Of a stretch of DNA of 64,000 nt, positions 8,320 through 15,440 are shown piece after piece. Made by a program: the position numbers and the translations under genes. Source of the stretch: a virus (taxonomy: Duplodnaviria > Caudoviricetes); IMG/VR virus record IMGVR_UViG_3300037400_003843, positions 9,671 to 73,670 of that record. One strand, written 5' to 3'. Each line of letters opens with the position of its first letter. The stretch's first letter is position 1. The notes beneath the pieces were generated by a model. It saw only the letters and a list, made by a program, of their open reading frames with translations. It had not been told where the DNA came from and searched no databases.

Positions 8320-8757
8320 TTAGTCCTTTATTTTTTCTTCTGTTGCGAAACTGAAATGTTCGTCCGTTCCGATAACCACATGGTCCAGAAGGTCGATGTC
8401 AAAAAGGCGCAGGGCCTTCCTGACCGAATCGGTCTCTGCGATGTCAGCCTGACTCGGTAGGCAACTTCCGCTCGGGTGATTATGCACCAGGATCACCGCA
8501 TCGGCCAACTGGTCAATCGCTACCTTTGCAACCTCCTTCGCGTCGAATCCGGTTGCCTTCGTGCTGCCCACACTGAGGCAGTAGTGGCCGGTTATTTTCC
8601 CTCCGTGCAACACCAGCACCCACGCCATCTCCTTCCACATCTCCTCACGACTCTGGCAGTTCTTCACTACATAATTGACCACGTCCGTTGCGGTCAGCAC
8701 CTTTACAGGCTCCGCGCTATCGTGCAGTTCTCGCCTGATTACTACATACTCGTACAT
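8320..8757 (-). CDS. radC: RadC-like JAB-domain protein
   Basis: ILVHNHPSGSCLPSQADIA ... LLDHVVIG; stand-alone JAB domain. Confidence 0.9.
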   Translation of the reverse strand: MYEYVVIRRELHDSAEPVKVLTATDVVNYVVKNCQSREEMWKEMAWVLVLHGGKITGHYCLSVGSTKATGFDAKEVAKVAIDQLADAVILVHNHPSGSCLPSQADIAETDSVRKALRLFDIDLLDHVVIGTDEHFSFATEEKIKD

Positions 8758-8870
8758 TTTGCTTTACTTTTTATTCGTTGTCCTTACGCCTCAATCACTT
8801 TCCGTTCACTACTCATCAGATTCGGCCCAGGAATTCACAATCCCCACGACCGCAAACAATACCAGCCAAA

Positions 8871-9053
8871 TCATAGCTCGCCCTCCATGTCCTTAAAAGC
8901 CTGATCCTCCGCGCCCTCCAACTCGCTCAAGTCGTACGATACCTCGATGCCCCTCGTCATCTGCACGGCCACATAGTCCAGGATGGCCAGTTCGGCAATG
9001 ATGATGCCGGTCGCTACCGCCTTAGCAGTGCTCTTCGCTTTTTGCTTGTTCAT
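8871..9053 (-). CDS. Small membrane protein
   Basis: 60 aa, one hydrophobic helix. Confidence 0.5.
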   Translation of the reverse strand: MNKQKAKSTAKAVATGIIIAELAILDYVAVQMTRGIEVSYDLSELEGAEDQAFKDMEGEL

Positions 9054-9196
9054 GTCTTACTTGCTTTTTTCTATGAAACAATACCTTCCGCCACGCTCGT
9101 GTCGCTTCACTATTTCTCTCGCTTTTCGCTCGCTCGGCTGGTCCAGGCCCACCTGAATCTTCCGGCCCTTGTTCATCGTATATACTCGCCACATAA

Positions 9197-9496
9197 CTAT
9201 ATCTCAAACATGTCCACGATCATTTGCTCAAACTGCTCCCAGGTCTTCACCGCTCTCCGGTTGAATTCGGCCAAAATCTGGTCGGTCCGCCAACGCTGCT
9301 CACAGGCATAATATTCAGCCGGATAGGTCACGACCAGCTCGCGCACCTCGTCCGTCTCCCAGTTGAAATCTGCATCGCAGAAATTCTCCCACATCCCAAT
9401 CTTACGCTTCCGAACCTCGGCATGGAATCGCTTGCCGTACTTTTCGGCAATCTCGTTCACGGCCTTCGCAAAGACCTTACTAACTTTTACTTTCAT
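9197..9496 (-). CDS. Hypothetical protein
   Basis: 99 aa ORF, A-rich leader. Confidence 0.65.
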   Translation of the reverse strand: MKVKVSKVFAKAVNEIAEKYGKRFHAEVRKRKIGMWENFCDADFNWETDEVRELVVTYPAEYYACEQRWRTDQILAEFNRRAVKTWEQFEQMIVDMFEI

Positions 9497-9511
9497 TGTT
9501 CGCTTTACTTT

Positions 9512-9700
9512 TTATTGTTGTCCTTGCCCCACAATCGAATCTATAACTTTCTTCATTTGTTCAACAGTCCTTGTCACCACATCATCGAAAATATACACCT
9601 TGTTACCCTTCTCCTTCCCGAGGGTGTAGCCAATAAGCTCGCCGTAAAATGTATAATTGGCCATTATCAAATAGCCATTGTATTCAATTGGTTTTTCCAT
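9512..9700 (-). CDS. Hypothetical protein
   Basis: 62 aa; AGGAGG 6 nt upstream. Confidence 0.65.
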   Translation of the reverse strand: MEKPIEYNGYLIMANYTFYGELIGYTLGKEKGNKVYIFDDVVTRTVEQMKKVIDSIVGQGQQ

Positions 9701-9710
9701 AGTTGTCCTC

Positions 9711-9923
9711 CTATATATTTGCTATTACTGCTAGTCCTATCTTATCCTGTTCGTCCCGGAAATAGATGGCCGTTACATTCGGCTTGCTGTCTTCCTTGAC
9801 TATTCGGTAACGCCGTTCAATTAAGAATCGGTTACGCTCTACGATTTTGTCGTATTCCGGCTCGGTGAATACATACATATCACATTCGCCGTCAGGCGTT
9901 CTGGTAGATACTATTGCACCCAT
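9711..9923 (-). CDS. Hypothetical protein
   Basis: 70 aa; AGGAGG 8 nt upstream. Confidence 0.65.
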   Translation of the reverse strand: MGAIVSTRTPDGECDMYVFTEPEYDKIVERNRFLIERRYRIVKEDSKPNVTAIYFRDEQDKIGLAVIANI

Positions 9924-9935
9924 CGCTCAGTCCTC

Positions 9936-10244
9936 CTATAATTCTGCCAGTTCTCTACGCATCTTATCCGCGTTAACTGCACGGAAATAGTTGTCCACGG
10001 CTCGCTTGGCCTCTCTCAGTCCGAGTAATCCAGTGTAACCCAGGCCGGCGATCGTCCAGGTATAGCCGTGATTGTTGGTCACTAAACCATAGCCACGGTA
10101 AACGATTCGCTGGTCCTTCGGGAACCGCTCGGCATACCAAGCCATCCGCTCGGCCTTCTGCTGTTCTTCGTGCCTCTTCAGGCGGGCACAATACGCCTCG
10201 TTGATTCGGTCAGCGTTGCGCTGCTTATTTTCCCAGTAACTCAT
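9936..10244 (-). CDS. Hypothetical protein
   Basis: 102 aa; AGGAGG 10 nt upstream. Confidence 0.65.
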   Translation of the reverse strand: MSYWENKQRNADRINEAYCARLKRHEEQQKAERMAWYAERFPKDQRIVYRGYGLVTNNHGYTWTIAGLGYTGLLGLREAKRAVDNYFRAVNADKMRRELAEL

Positions 10245-10287
10245 ATCGTTCGGCCCTCCTTCGGCCGGTTCATTAAGTTATACAATT

Positions 10288-10323
10288 AGTGCCGGCAGTG
10301 GGAGTCGAACCCACCCCGGCAGT
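10288..10323 (-). ncRNA. tRNA-like minihelix (T-arm on a 6-bp stem)
   Basis: UGCCGG-G-GUGGG-UUCGACU-CCCAC-UG-CCGGCA-CUA; no D or anticodon arm. Confidence 0.45.
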
Positions 10324-11208
10324 CCTGTTCACGCGCTCACTTGCTTTGCACTCACACGCCAGTCGTGTAAGCTGAGCTTACTGCACTCGCTCACGCATTA
10401 AACATTTGTTCGGTATCACGCCGTTCCCCGCGGTTAATTTCTCAAATGGGTATTCCAACGGCTCACGCCATGGGCAACCCCAGTGGCCTCACTCACTTCA
10501 TGTTACTGTCCTTCGCATATACTCGTTTCGTTCGGCCCTTGTTCGGTTTTTCTCGCTCACTCAGCCCGGCGCACATGATGTCACGACCTCCCAAACTGGG
10601 ATCATGTACCGCTCCCACGCTGCAAACACTGCAACGCCCTGACCCGCGCACCAAATGCGCCGACGGCCGGGACCCATCCGGGCTGCTCCCCTTATCCCGG
10701 TGCCTGTTCGGGCACAGTATGGCCGGGCCCTTGTTCGGGCCCATTTCGGGGGCTGTTCGGTGCCACCGTTCAGGCATGGCTTACGCTAACCGCCTGAGCC
10801 TTGCGGCTCCCGGTCCGGGCCCCCTTGCCTGGGGCCGTTGGCATAAACCACGCCCGCCGCCCGGGCTCCCTTACGGGCTCCCATGGGGCGGCCATGCCGG
10901 GCGGCTTGGCGGCTTATCAATGTACTAACAATAGGGCGGGCCCCGGCTAACTTGGCCGGGCTCCCATGGCGGGCGGGCTCCCTTACGGGCCCGGGGGCCT
11001 CCGCCTTGGGCGGGGCTCCCTTGCCTGGCTTATAGGCCGCCATTGCGGCCTTGCGGGCTTGGGCTTGGGCCGCCAATTGCGGCCCCGGGGGCGGGCTCCC
11101 ATTGGGGGCCCTATTTCAGTACTAACAATGAACTAATAGGGCGGGCCGGGGTAACGCTCCCCGGGGGCCTTGCGGCCCGTCTAAACTCCCGCCAATGGCC
11201 GGGGGATT

Positions 11209-12270
11209 TTAGGCATCCGCCAGCATGGCAACCTTGCGGGCCTTGGCCTCCGCGGCTGCCGTTGCCTTGGCCTCCCTTTCATTGGCCCCGGACAACTCCC
11301 GCCCGGCCTCAACTCCGGCGGCAATTGTGGCCTCAACTTGGGCCATGGCCTCCCGGGCCGCCTTGGCGGCCTCCGGCTTGGCCTTGGGAGCCTTGGGCCC
11401 CTTGGGGGCCTTGCCCTTGCCTCCCTTTGGAGCCCTGGCGGGCTTGGCCTCCGGCTTGGCCTTGGGAGCCTCCCCGGACACAATGGCCATGGCCTCCATT
11501 CCTTGGGCTAAAAGGGCCAATTTGTGGGCCTCTGCATTATAGGCCGTTAAGGTCGTAAGCCCTGCAGAATTGCCCCTCATATATGCGGCCAACGCCTCCC
11601 CTGTTATGGCCTCCCCCTTGGCGATTGTGCCAATTTTGGCCCCCGGTTTCACATTATAGGCCGCCACAATGGCCCCCTTGCGCTCCGCCTTGGCCGGGGA
11701 TTTGTAAGCCTTGCCGCCATTATTGGCGGATTTGAGGGCGGCCGCCATTTTCCCCAAACAAGTGTCCACAATGGCCCGGGCGTGGCGGCCATCAATGGGC
11801 CGTATTTCGTAGGCCTCTACAATAGTGGCCGCGGCCTCCCCGGTTACATATGCAACCTTAACAGCCGGGGCCCCCTCAATAACATGGGGATATGTGGCCG
11901 CAATGAATTGGGCCGGGGTTTCATACTTGGCCGCCGCCATGTTTGCCAATTTGGCGAAATGGCCCCCTTTGCGGGCGGCCCGCCAGGCCTCCGCAATTGC
12001 GGGCTCCCATTCCCGGACCCCGGCCCGGGCCATGGCCGCCTCCGCCTCAATTTCAGACTTGCGGGCGGCCTTGATTTCGGAATCTATCATTTTCCAATTT
12101 TCGGCCCCATACTTGGCCCGGAGTTCCGCCCCATGGGCTTTTATGCCCTGGCGGCTTTTGTACTTGCGGAGTAACGCGGCGGCAATGGTAGCGGCCCCGG
12201 CCTTATCAATACTTACGAAATTTCCCTTTGCGCCCTTGGCGGCTTTGGTGGTGGTGGTGTTAGTTTCCAT
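11209..12270 (-). CDS. Ala/Lys/Gly-rich basic protein, first gene of the early arm
   Basis: 353 aa ORF with A-rich leader and its own promoter; histone-H1-like PKAK/KGPK repeats near the C-terminus. Confidence 0.75.
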   Translation of the reverse strand: METNTTTTKAAKGAKGNFVSIDKAGAATIAAALLRKYKSRQGIKAHGAELRAKYGAENWKMIDSEIKAARKSEIEAEAAMARAGVREWEPAIAEAWRAARKGGHFAKLANMAAAKYETPAQFIAATYPHVIEGAPAVKVAYVTGEAAATIVEAYEIRPIDGRHARAIVDTCLGKMAAALKSANNGGKAYKSPAKAERKGAIVAAYNVKPGAKIGTIAKGEAITGEALAAYMRGNSAGLTTLTAYNAEAHKLALLAQGMEAMAIVSGEAPKAKPEAKPARAPKGGKGKAPKGPKAPKAKPEAAKAAREAMAQVEATIAAGVEAGRELSGANEREAKATAAAEAKARKVAMLADA

Positions 12271-12313
12271 AATAAAAATATTTAAAAATTAATAAAGTGT
12301 ACATTTCTAAATG

Positions 12314-12321
12314 CAAAGATA
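12314..12321 (-). promoter_or_regulatory. Sigma-A -7 element driving the leftward early arm
   Basis: CAAAGATA on + equals TATCTTTG on -, about 45 nt upstream of the ATG at 12270. Confidence 0.75.
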
Positions 12322-12331
12322 GTAATAAATT

Positions 12332-12451
12332 TTGATACTATATAGATTTTAGGCCGACTCATCAAAATAGTATCAATATTAGTTAAATTTCTACTACTTT
12401 TATTGTATCTCGATATCCAAACCGGAAAAACGCACTAATAAATGATACTAT
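12332..12451. promoter_or_regulatory. Operator-like inverted repeat
   Basis: TTGATACTAT (12332-41) / ATAGTATCAA (12367-76); third half-site TGATACTAT at 12443-51. Confidence 0.45.
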
Positions 12452-12806
12452 TTTATCATACCTATATAATACGCGAGAACCAAAACCACCAGCGAATAAA
12501 ATCTAATTATAGCAGTTTAACACCAGGCACGCCCAGGAACACCCAGGGCACATTTTGCTAAAACGCTATAAATTTAGATGATTAAGCAGGGACGCAGCCA
12601 AAAAGTAACAAAAATGTTACAAAATCCCATGCAGCTATCAGGCCTAAAATTCTAATTTGTTACGGCCACGAAACGAACAAAATGCAGCCGTAACGCATTA
12701 AGGGTTACAGGGTTAAACGACCACCCCAACCCCGAACGCTGGGGTGCGTTTCTGAAATTTTTTTTTGCGCATTTTTTGTGGATACGGCTTTCGTGAGCGG
12801 CAAAAA

Positions 12807-13069
12807 TGTAGTTCGATGTAGCGCAAAAACCCATAAGTGGTCTGCATTCACTCCGAACTACACCTTCTATATTATTATATATTATGTAGTTATGTAGTTT
12901 TATGTAGTTATGTAGTTAGGTATATAATATATTCTTTTATTTCAGAAATAGCCATTTTTCAAACATAATATAGGAAAACAACTACATTGAACTACACAAC
13001 TACACAAAACGCCATTCTACGGGCCTCTAGGCAGTGTAGTTTTCATGTAGTTTTCTACACAGAACTACA
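12807..13069. repeat. Twelve TGTAGTT/AACTACA heptamers in both orientations (iteron-like)
   Basis: + copies at 12807, 12885, 12893, 12903, 12911, 13035, 13046; - copies at 12856, 12980, 12990, 12998, 13063; AT-rich core between the arrays. Confidence 0.85.
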
Positions 13070-13277
13070 TAACCGCCCGAAAGACCCACTACCGTACCTG
13101 AAAAAAAAGAACCTATGCGTGTACCTGGTATGGTTATGGGTTCTTTTTTCGGTAGGTAAGAATATGGTTCTTTAGCCCGGGATTGTTGGGAGTCAGGAAG
13201 GCGGGGTGGCTGGGAGTTTTAGTCCCGGTTTGGCACGGAACTTGAAGGGAGGGACGGTTTCAAAAAACGGTATTAGT

Positions 13278-13526
13278 ATGGTGAAAAAAGAGAAGCTGCA
13301 TCTCGGCCAGTTGGTCCTGGTCGGAGCGAAAAGGGAGCCGGCAGTGATTGACGGCCTGACGCAGACCTTCGCGGGAGTGAGGCTCCAGAGCGGAGGTTAC
13401 GAGTTTTGTGGGTATGATGATATCCAGAGCATCGAGGATATGTGCCGCGATGAAGTTGAGAAATGGGTGAATGTGCTGGAGGAGGCATACGGTCTGAAGG
13501 GCCTGGAGGTGCCCGCCCATGTTTAA
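13278..13526 (+). CDS. Hypothetical protein, first gene of the rightward arm
   Basis: ATG start MVKKEK; overlaps the next gene. Confidence 0.65.
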   Translation: MVKKEKLHLGQLVLVGAKREPAVIDGLTQTFAGVRLQSGGYEFCGYDDIQSIEDMCRDEVEKWVNVLEEAYGLKGLEVPAHV

Positions 13527-13977
13527 GCCGCCGAGACAGGTCCAGCGGAAGAGACTGGATGACCGGTATGAGGTAGGCAATGACGGGGTCGTGTATAGTG
13601 ACGGGTGTGCGCTTGTTCCGATCAACGGGGTTGGAGTGAATATCCATGGTCGGAGGATGAAGATTGCGTATCTGGTCGCCAGGGCCTGGGTCGGCAATCA
13701 GGAGGGCAGGCCGTATGTGAGGCACATCAACGGTGATGTGAAGGACAACCGGCCGGAGAACCTGGAGTGGTGCGAAGAGAAGGAGGTCACTCGGAAAGGA
13801 AGGAAGGCCGAGACCCGGTGGTGCTCGTGCTTTGACCTGGAAGGGAACAAGGTGGGAATGTACCGGTGCCCGAGTGACGGGGCCGTGGATAAGGGCGTTG
13901 ATGTGCGTTTTGTCAGGAAGTGTCTGTCCGGAAGGCAGAAGACCGCCGGCGGTTATATGTGGAGGTGGGGATGTTGA
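13519..13977 (+). CDS. HNH endonuclease with C-terminal NUMOD1-like domain
   Basis: IAYLVARAWV ... VRHINGDVKDNRPENLEW ... KCLSGRQKTAGGYMWRW. Confidence 0.85.
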   Translation: MFKPPRQVQRKRLDDRYEVGNDGVVYSDGCALVPINGVGVNIHGRRMKIAYLVARAWVGNQEGRPYVRHINGDVKDNRPENLEWCEEKEVTRKGRKAETRWCSCFDLEGNKVGMYRCPSDGAVDKGVDVRFVRKCLSGRQKTAGGYMWRWGC

Positions 13978-13995
13978 TTTGTTGAGAAAAATCGC

Positions 13996-14003
13996 TATAT
14001 TTG
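13996..14003 (+). promoter_or_regulatory. Sigma-A -7 element
   Basis: TATATTTG 4 nt before the ATG at 14008. Confidence 0.65.
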
Positions 14004-14007
14004 CGCT

Positions 14008-14169
14008 ATGAGTTTCCAAGGAAAAACGACGAAGGAGCTGGAGATAGAGCTCCTGAAGAAGATGGACGAGGTGTATCGCCTGAGAATGGAGATAGATCGT
14101 CGCAAGGGTGATGTGCCCCAGGGGAAGGTTGATGTTGATTTTGAAAAATATGTAAAAGATGGAGATTAA
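14008..14169 (+). CDS. Small coiled-coil protein (53 aa)
   Basis: Manual translation MSFQGKTTKELEIELLKKMDEVYRLRMEIDRRKG... Confidence 0.55.
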   Translation: MSFQGKTTKELEIELLKKMDEVYRLRMEIDRRKGDVPQGKVDVDFEKYVKDGD

Positions 14170-14557
14170 CGAGTATCAAGAGAAAGCAATGAGCACCAGG
14201 CTGCCGTCGAGCGATAATTTCTGCTATATGATGTTCGGTCTGGTTGAGGAGATCGGAGAACTGGCTGGTAAGTTCAGCAAGGGCATCCGGAAGGGCGTCT
14301 GTAGTGTCGGCCTGGACGGCGAGCTGTGTGAGCAGCTGGACCAGGAGGATGTAACGGCCAATGATGTGTACTTCCTGTATGGTGCAGATGAGCAGCGCGA
14401 GGAAATCAAGAAGGAGCTCGGCGATGTGATGTGGATGGTTGCCGGCCTGGCTGATGAGTTCGGATGGAGCCTGGAGGAGGTCTGTAGGGAGAACCTGCAT
14501 AAGCTGGCCGACCGGGCCATGAGAGGGAAAATAGACGGCGCAGGAGACAATCGGTAG
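14159..14557 (+). CDS. MazG-like nucleoside triphosphate pyrophosphohydrolase
   Basis: EYQEKAMST ... GLVEEIGEL ... KELGDVMW ... NLHKLADRAMRG; EExxE and ExxD motifs. Confidence 0.85.
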   Translation: MEINEYQEKAMSTRLPSSDNFCYMMFGLVEEIGELAGKFSKGIRKGVCSVGLDGELCEQLDQEDVTANDVYFLYGADEQREEIKKELGDVMWMVAGLADEFGWSLEEVCRENLHKLADRAMRGKIDGAGDNR

Positions 14558-14603
14558 TTTCCGGCACGGTGTTTGTAGAGAGAAACGCTTAAAATTTAGC
14601 TAT

Positions 14604-14891
14604 ATGAAAATCGAGACAAAGTATGAAATCGGACAGGAGGTCTTCCTGTTCAACGCGGTCTCCCAGGAGATCGAGAAGGATGAAGTTTTTGCAGTCCTGT
14701 ATTCGCCGGTTCCGGCCAATGACGAGCCCCTTAATGCTATGGAACCAGTTTCCAAGTCGCTGAAGAAAGGGAATGTGGCGCTTGATTACAGGTACCAGCT
14801 GCAGCACCACCAGGGCCTACTGGAGGAGAGGATTCTCTTCGGGTCCGAGGATGAGCTGAAGGAGTTCTTCCTGGAGTTCTTCAAGAAGTAG
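14604..14891 (+). CDS. Hypothetical protein
   Basis: MKIETKYEIGQEVF, an N-terminus common in phage SH3-like proteins. Confidence 0.7.
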   Translation: MKIETKYEIGQEVFLFNAVSQEIEKDEVFAVLYSPVPANDEPLNAMEPVSKSLKKGNVALDYRYQLQHHQGLLEERILFGSEDELKEFFLEFFKK

Positions 14892-14895
14892 GTTT

Positions 14896-15100
14896 TTCTA
14901 CTGGGGACTGATGCTGATGAAAAGGCGGACCGTACCTCGGTCGGCATATTTGGTAGGGTTGCAATATGAGGCCGGCTGTGTCCCCATCTGTTGAGTAGGA
15001 ATTTATCGGCCGGCCGCCGCTTGTTTGGGAAGCGGCCATGTCGGATGAAAGGGACAGCATCCGGGCTTAATGCAGCCCGAGCATTAACCAATTGCAGCCA
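14896..15100 (+). ncRNA. Putative structured ncRNA upstream of the tRNA cluster
   Basis: Non-coding; several complementary helices and an H-type pseudoknot at 15062-15087. Confidence 0.5.
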
Positions 15101-15131
15101 GAGGTGACAAGCCGGGAAAGACCGGCAAACT

Positions 15132-15216
15132 GCCCCGGTGGCGGAAGTGGTAGACGCAAATGGCTAAGGACCATTCACCGTAAGGCGTAGGAGTTCGAGT
15201 CTCCTCTGGGGCACCA
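15132..15216 (+). tRNA. trnL: tRNA-Leu, anticodon AAG
   Basis: Acceptor GCCCCGG/CTGGGGC, D stem GCG/CGC, anticodon stem AATGG/CCATT with loop CT-AAG-GA, long variable arm, T loop TTCGAGT, A73 plus encoded CCA. Confidence 0.92.
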
Positions 15217-15280
15217 CGTCGTGATGACGTTATAGTGTATTAGTATTAGTATTACTGACAGCCGGGAAAGACCGGCTCAA

Positions 15281-15365
15281 GGAAAGTTGGGGGATCGGTT
15301 TAACCCAGGCGCCCGCTACGCGCCCGTTCCGAAAGGGGCCGATGGTTCGAATCCATCACTTTCCG
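15281..15365 (+). tRNA. trnS: tRNA-Ser, anticodon GCT, atypical C33/C38
   Basis: Acceptor GGAAAGT/ACTTTCC, anticodon stem GGCGC/GCGCC with loop CC-GCT-AC, long variable arm, T loop TTCGAAT, G73, no encoded CCA. Confidence 0.8.
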
Positions 15366-15375
15366 CAGGCAATAT

Positions 15376-15440
15376 TGCCAAATAACCGCAAAGACCGGTA
15401 AAAGGAGCCGGGTCCGGATGCAAGTTCCGGAATGTTGGTA
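15376..15440 (+). ncRNA. tRNA-like element lacking an anticodon arm
   Basis: T-arm CCGGA-TGCAAGT-TCCGG, D-like hairpin ACCG/CGGT, closing stem TGCCAA/TTGGTA. Confidence 0.4.

Noticed and set aside
11043-11558. Pro/Arg/Trp-rich ORFs in alternative frames of the GC-rich segment
   Set aside because: Expected artefacts of stop-poor GC-rich DNA overlapping the 353-aa gene, which has its own promoter and leader.
12807-13069. CRISPR array
   Set aside because: The repeat unit is only 7 nt, occurs in both orientations and has no 25-40 nt unique spacers; no cas genes.
14914-14945. Hammerhead ribozyme core (CTGATGA)
   Set aside because: No stem II closed by GAAA and no matching cleavage triplet downstream.
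15281-15365. Amber suppressor tRNA (CTA in the loop) and stop-codon recoding
   Set aside because: The stem register places GCT at 34-36. TAG and TGA act as normal stops in core genes (14891, 37171, 38399), and coding density is high under the standard code.
15217-15440. HDV-like theta ribozymes at tRNA 3' ends
   Set aside because: The trailers are simple hairpins (ACGTC/GACGT, GGCA/TGCC); I could not build the nested double pseudoknot.
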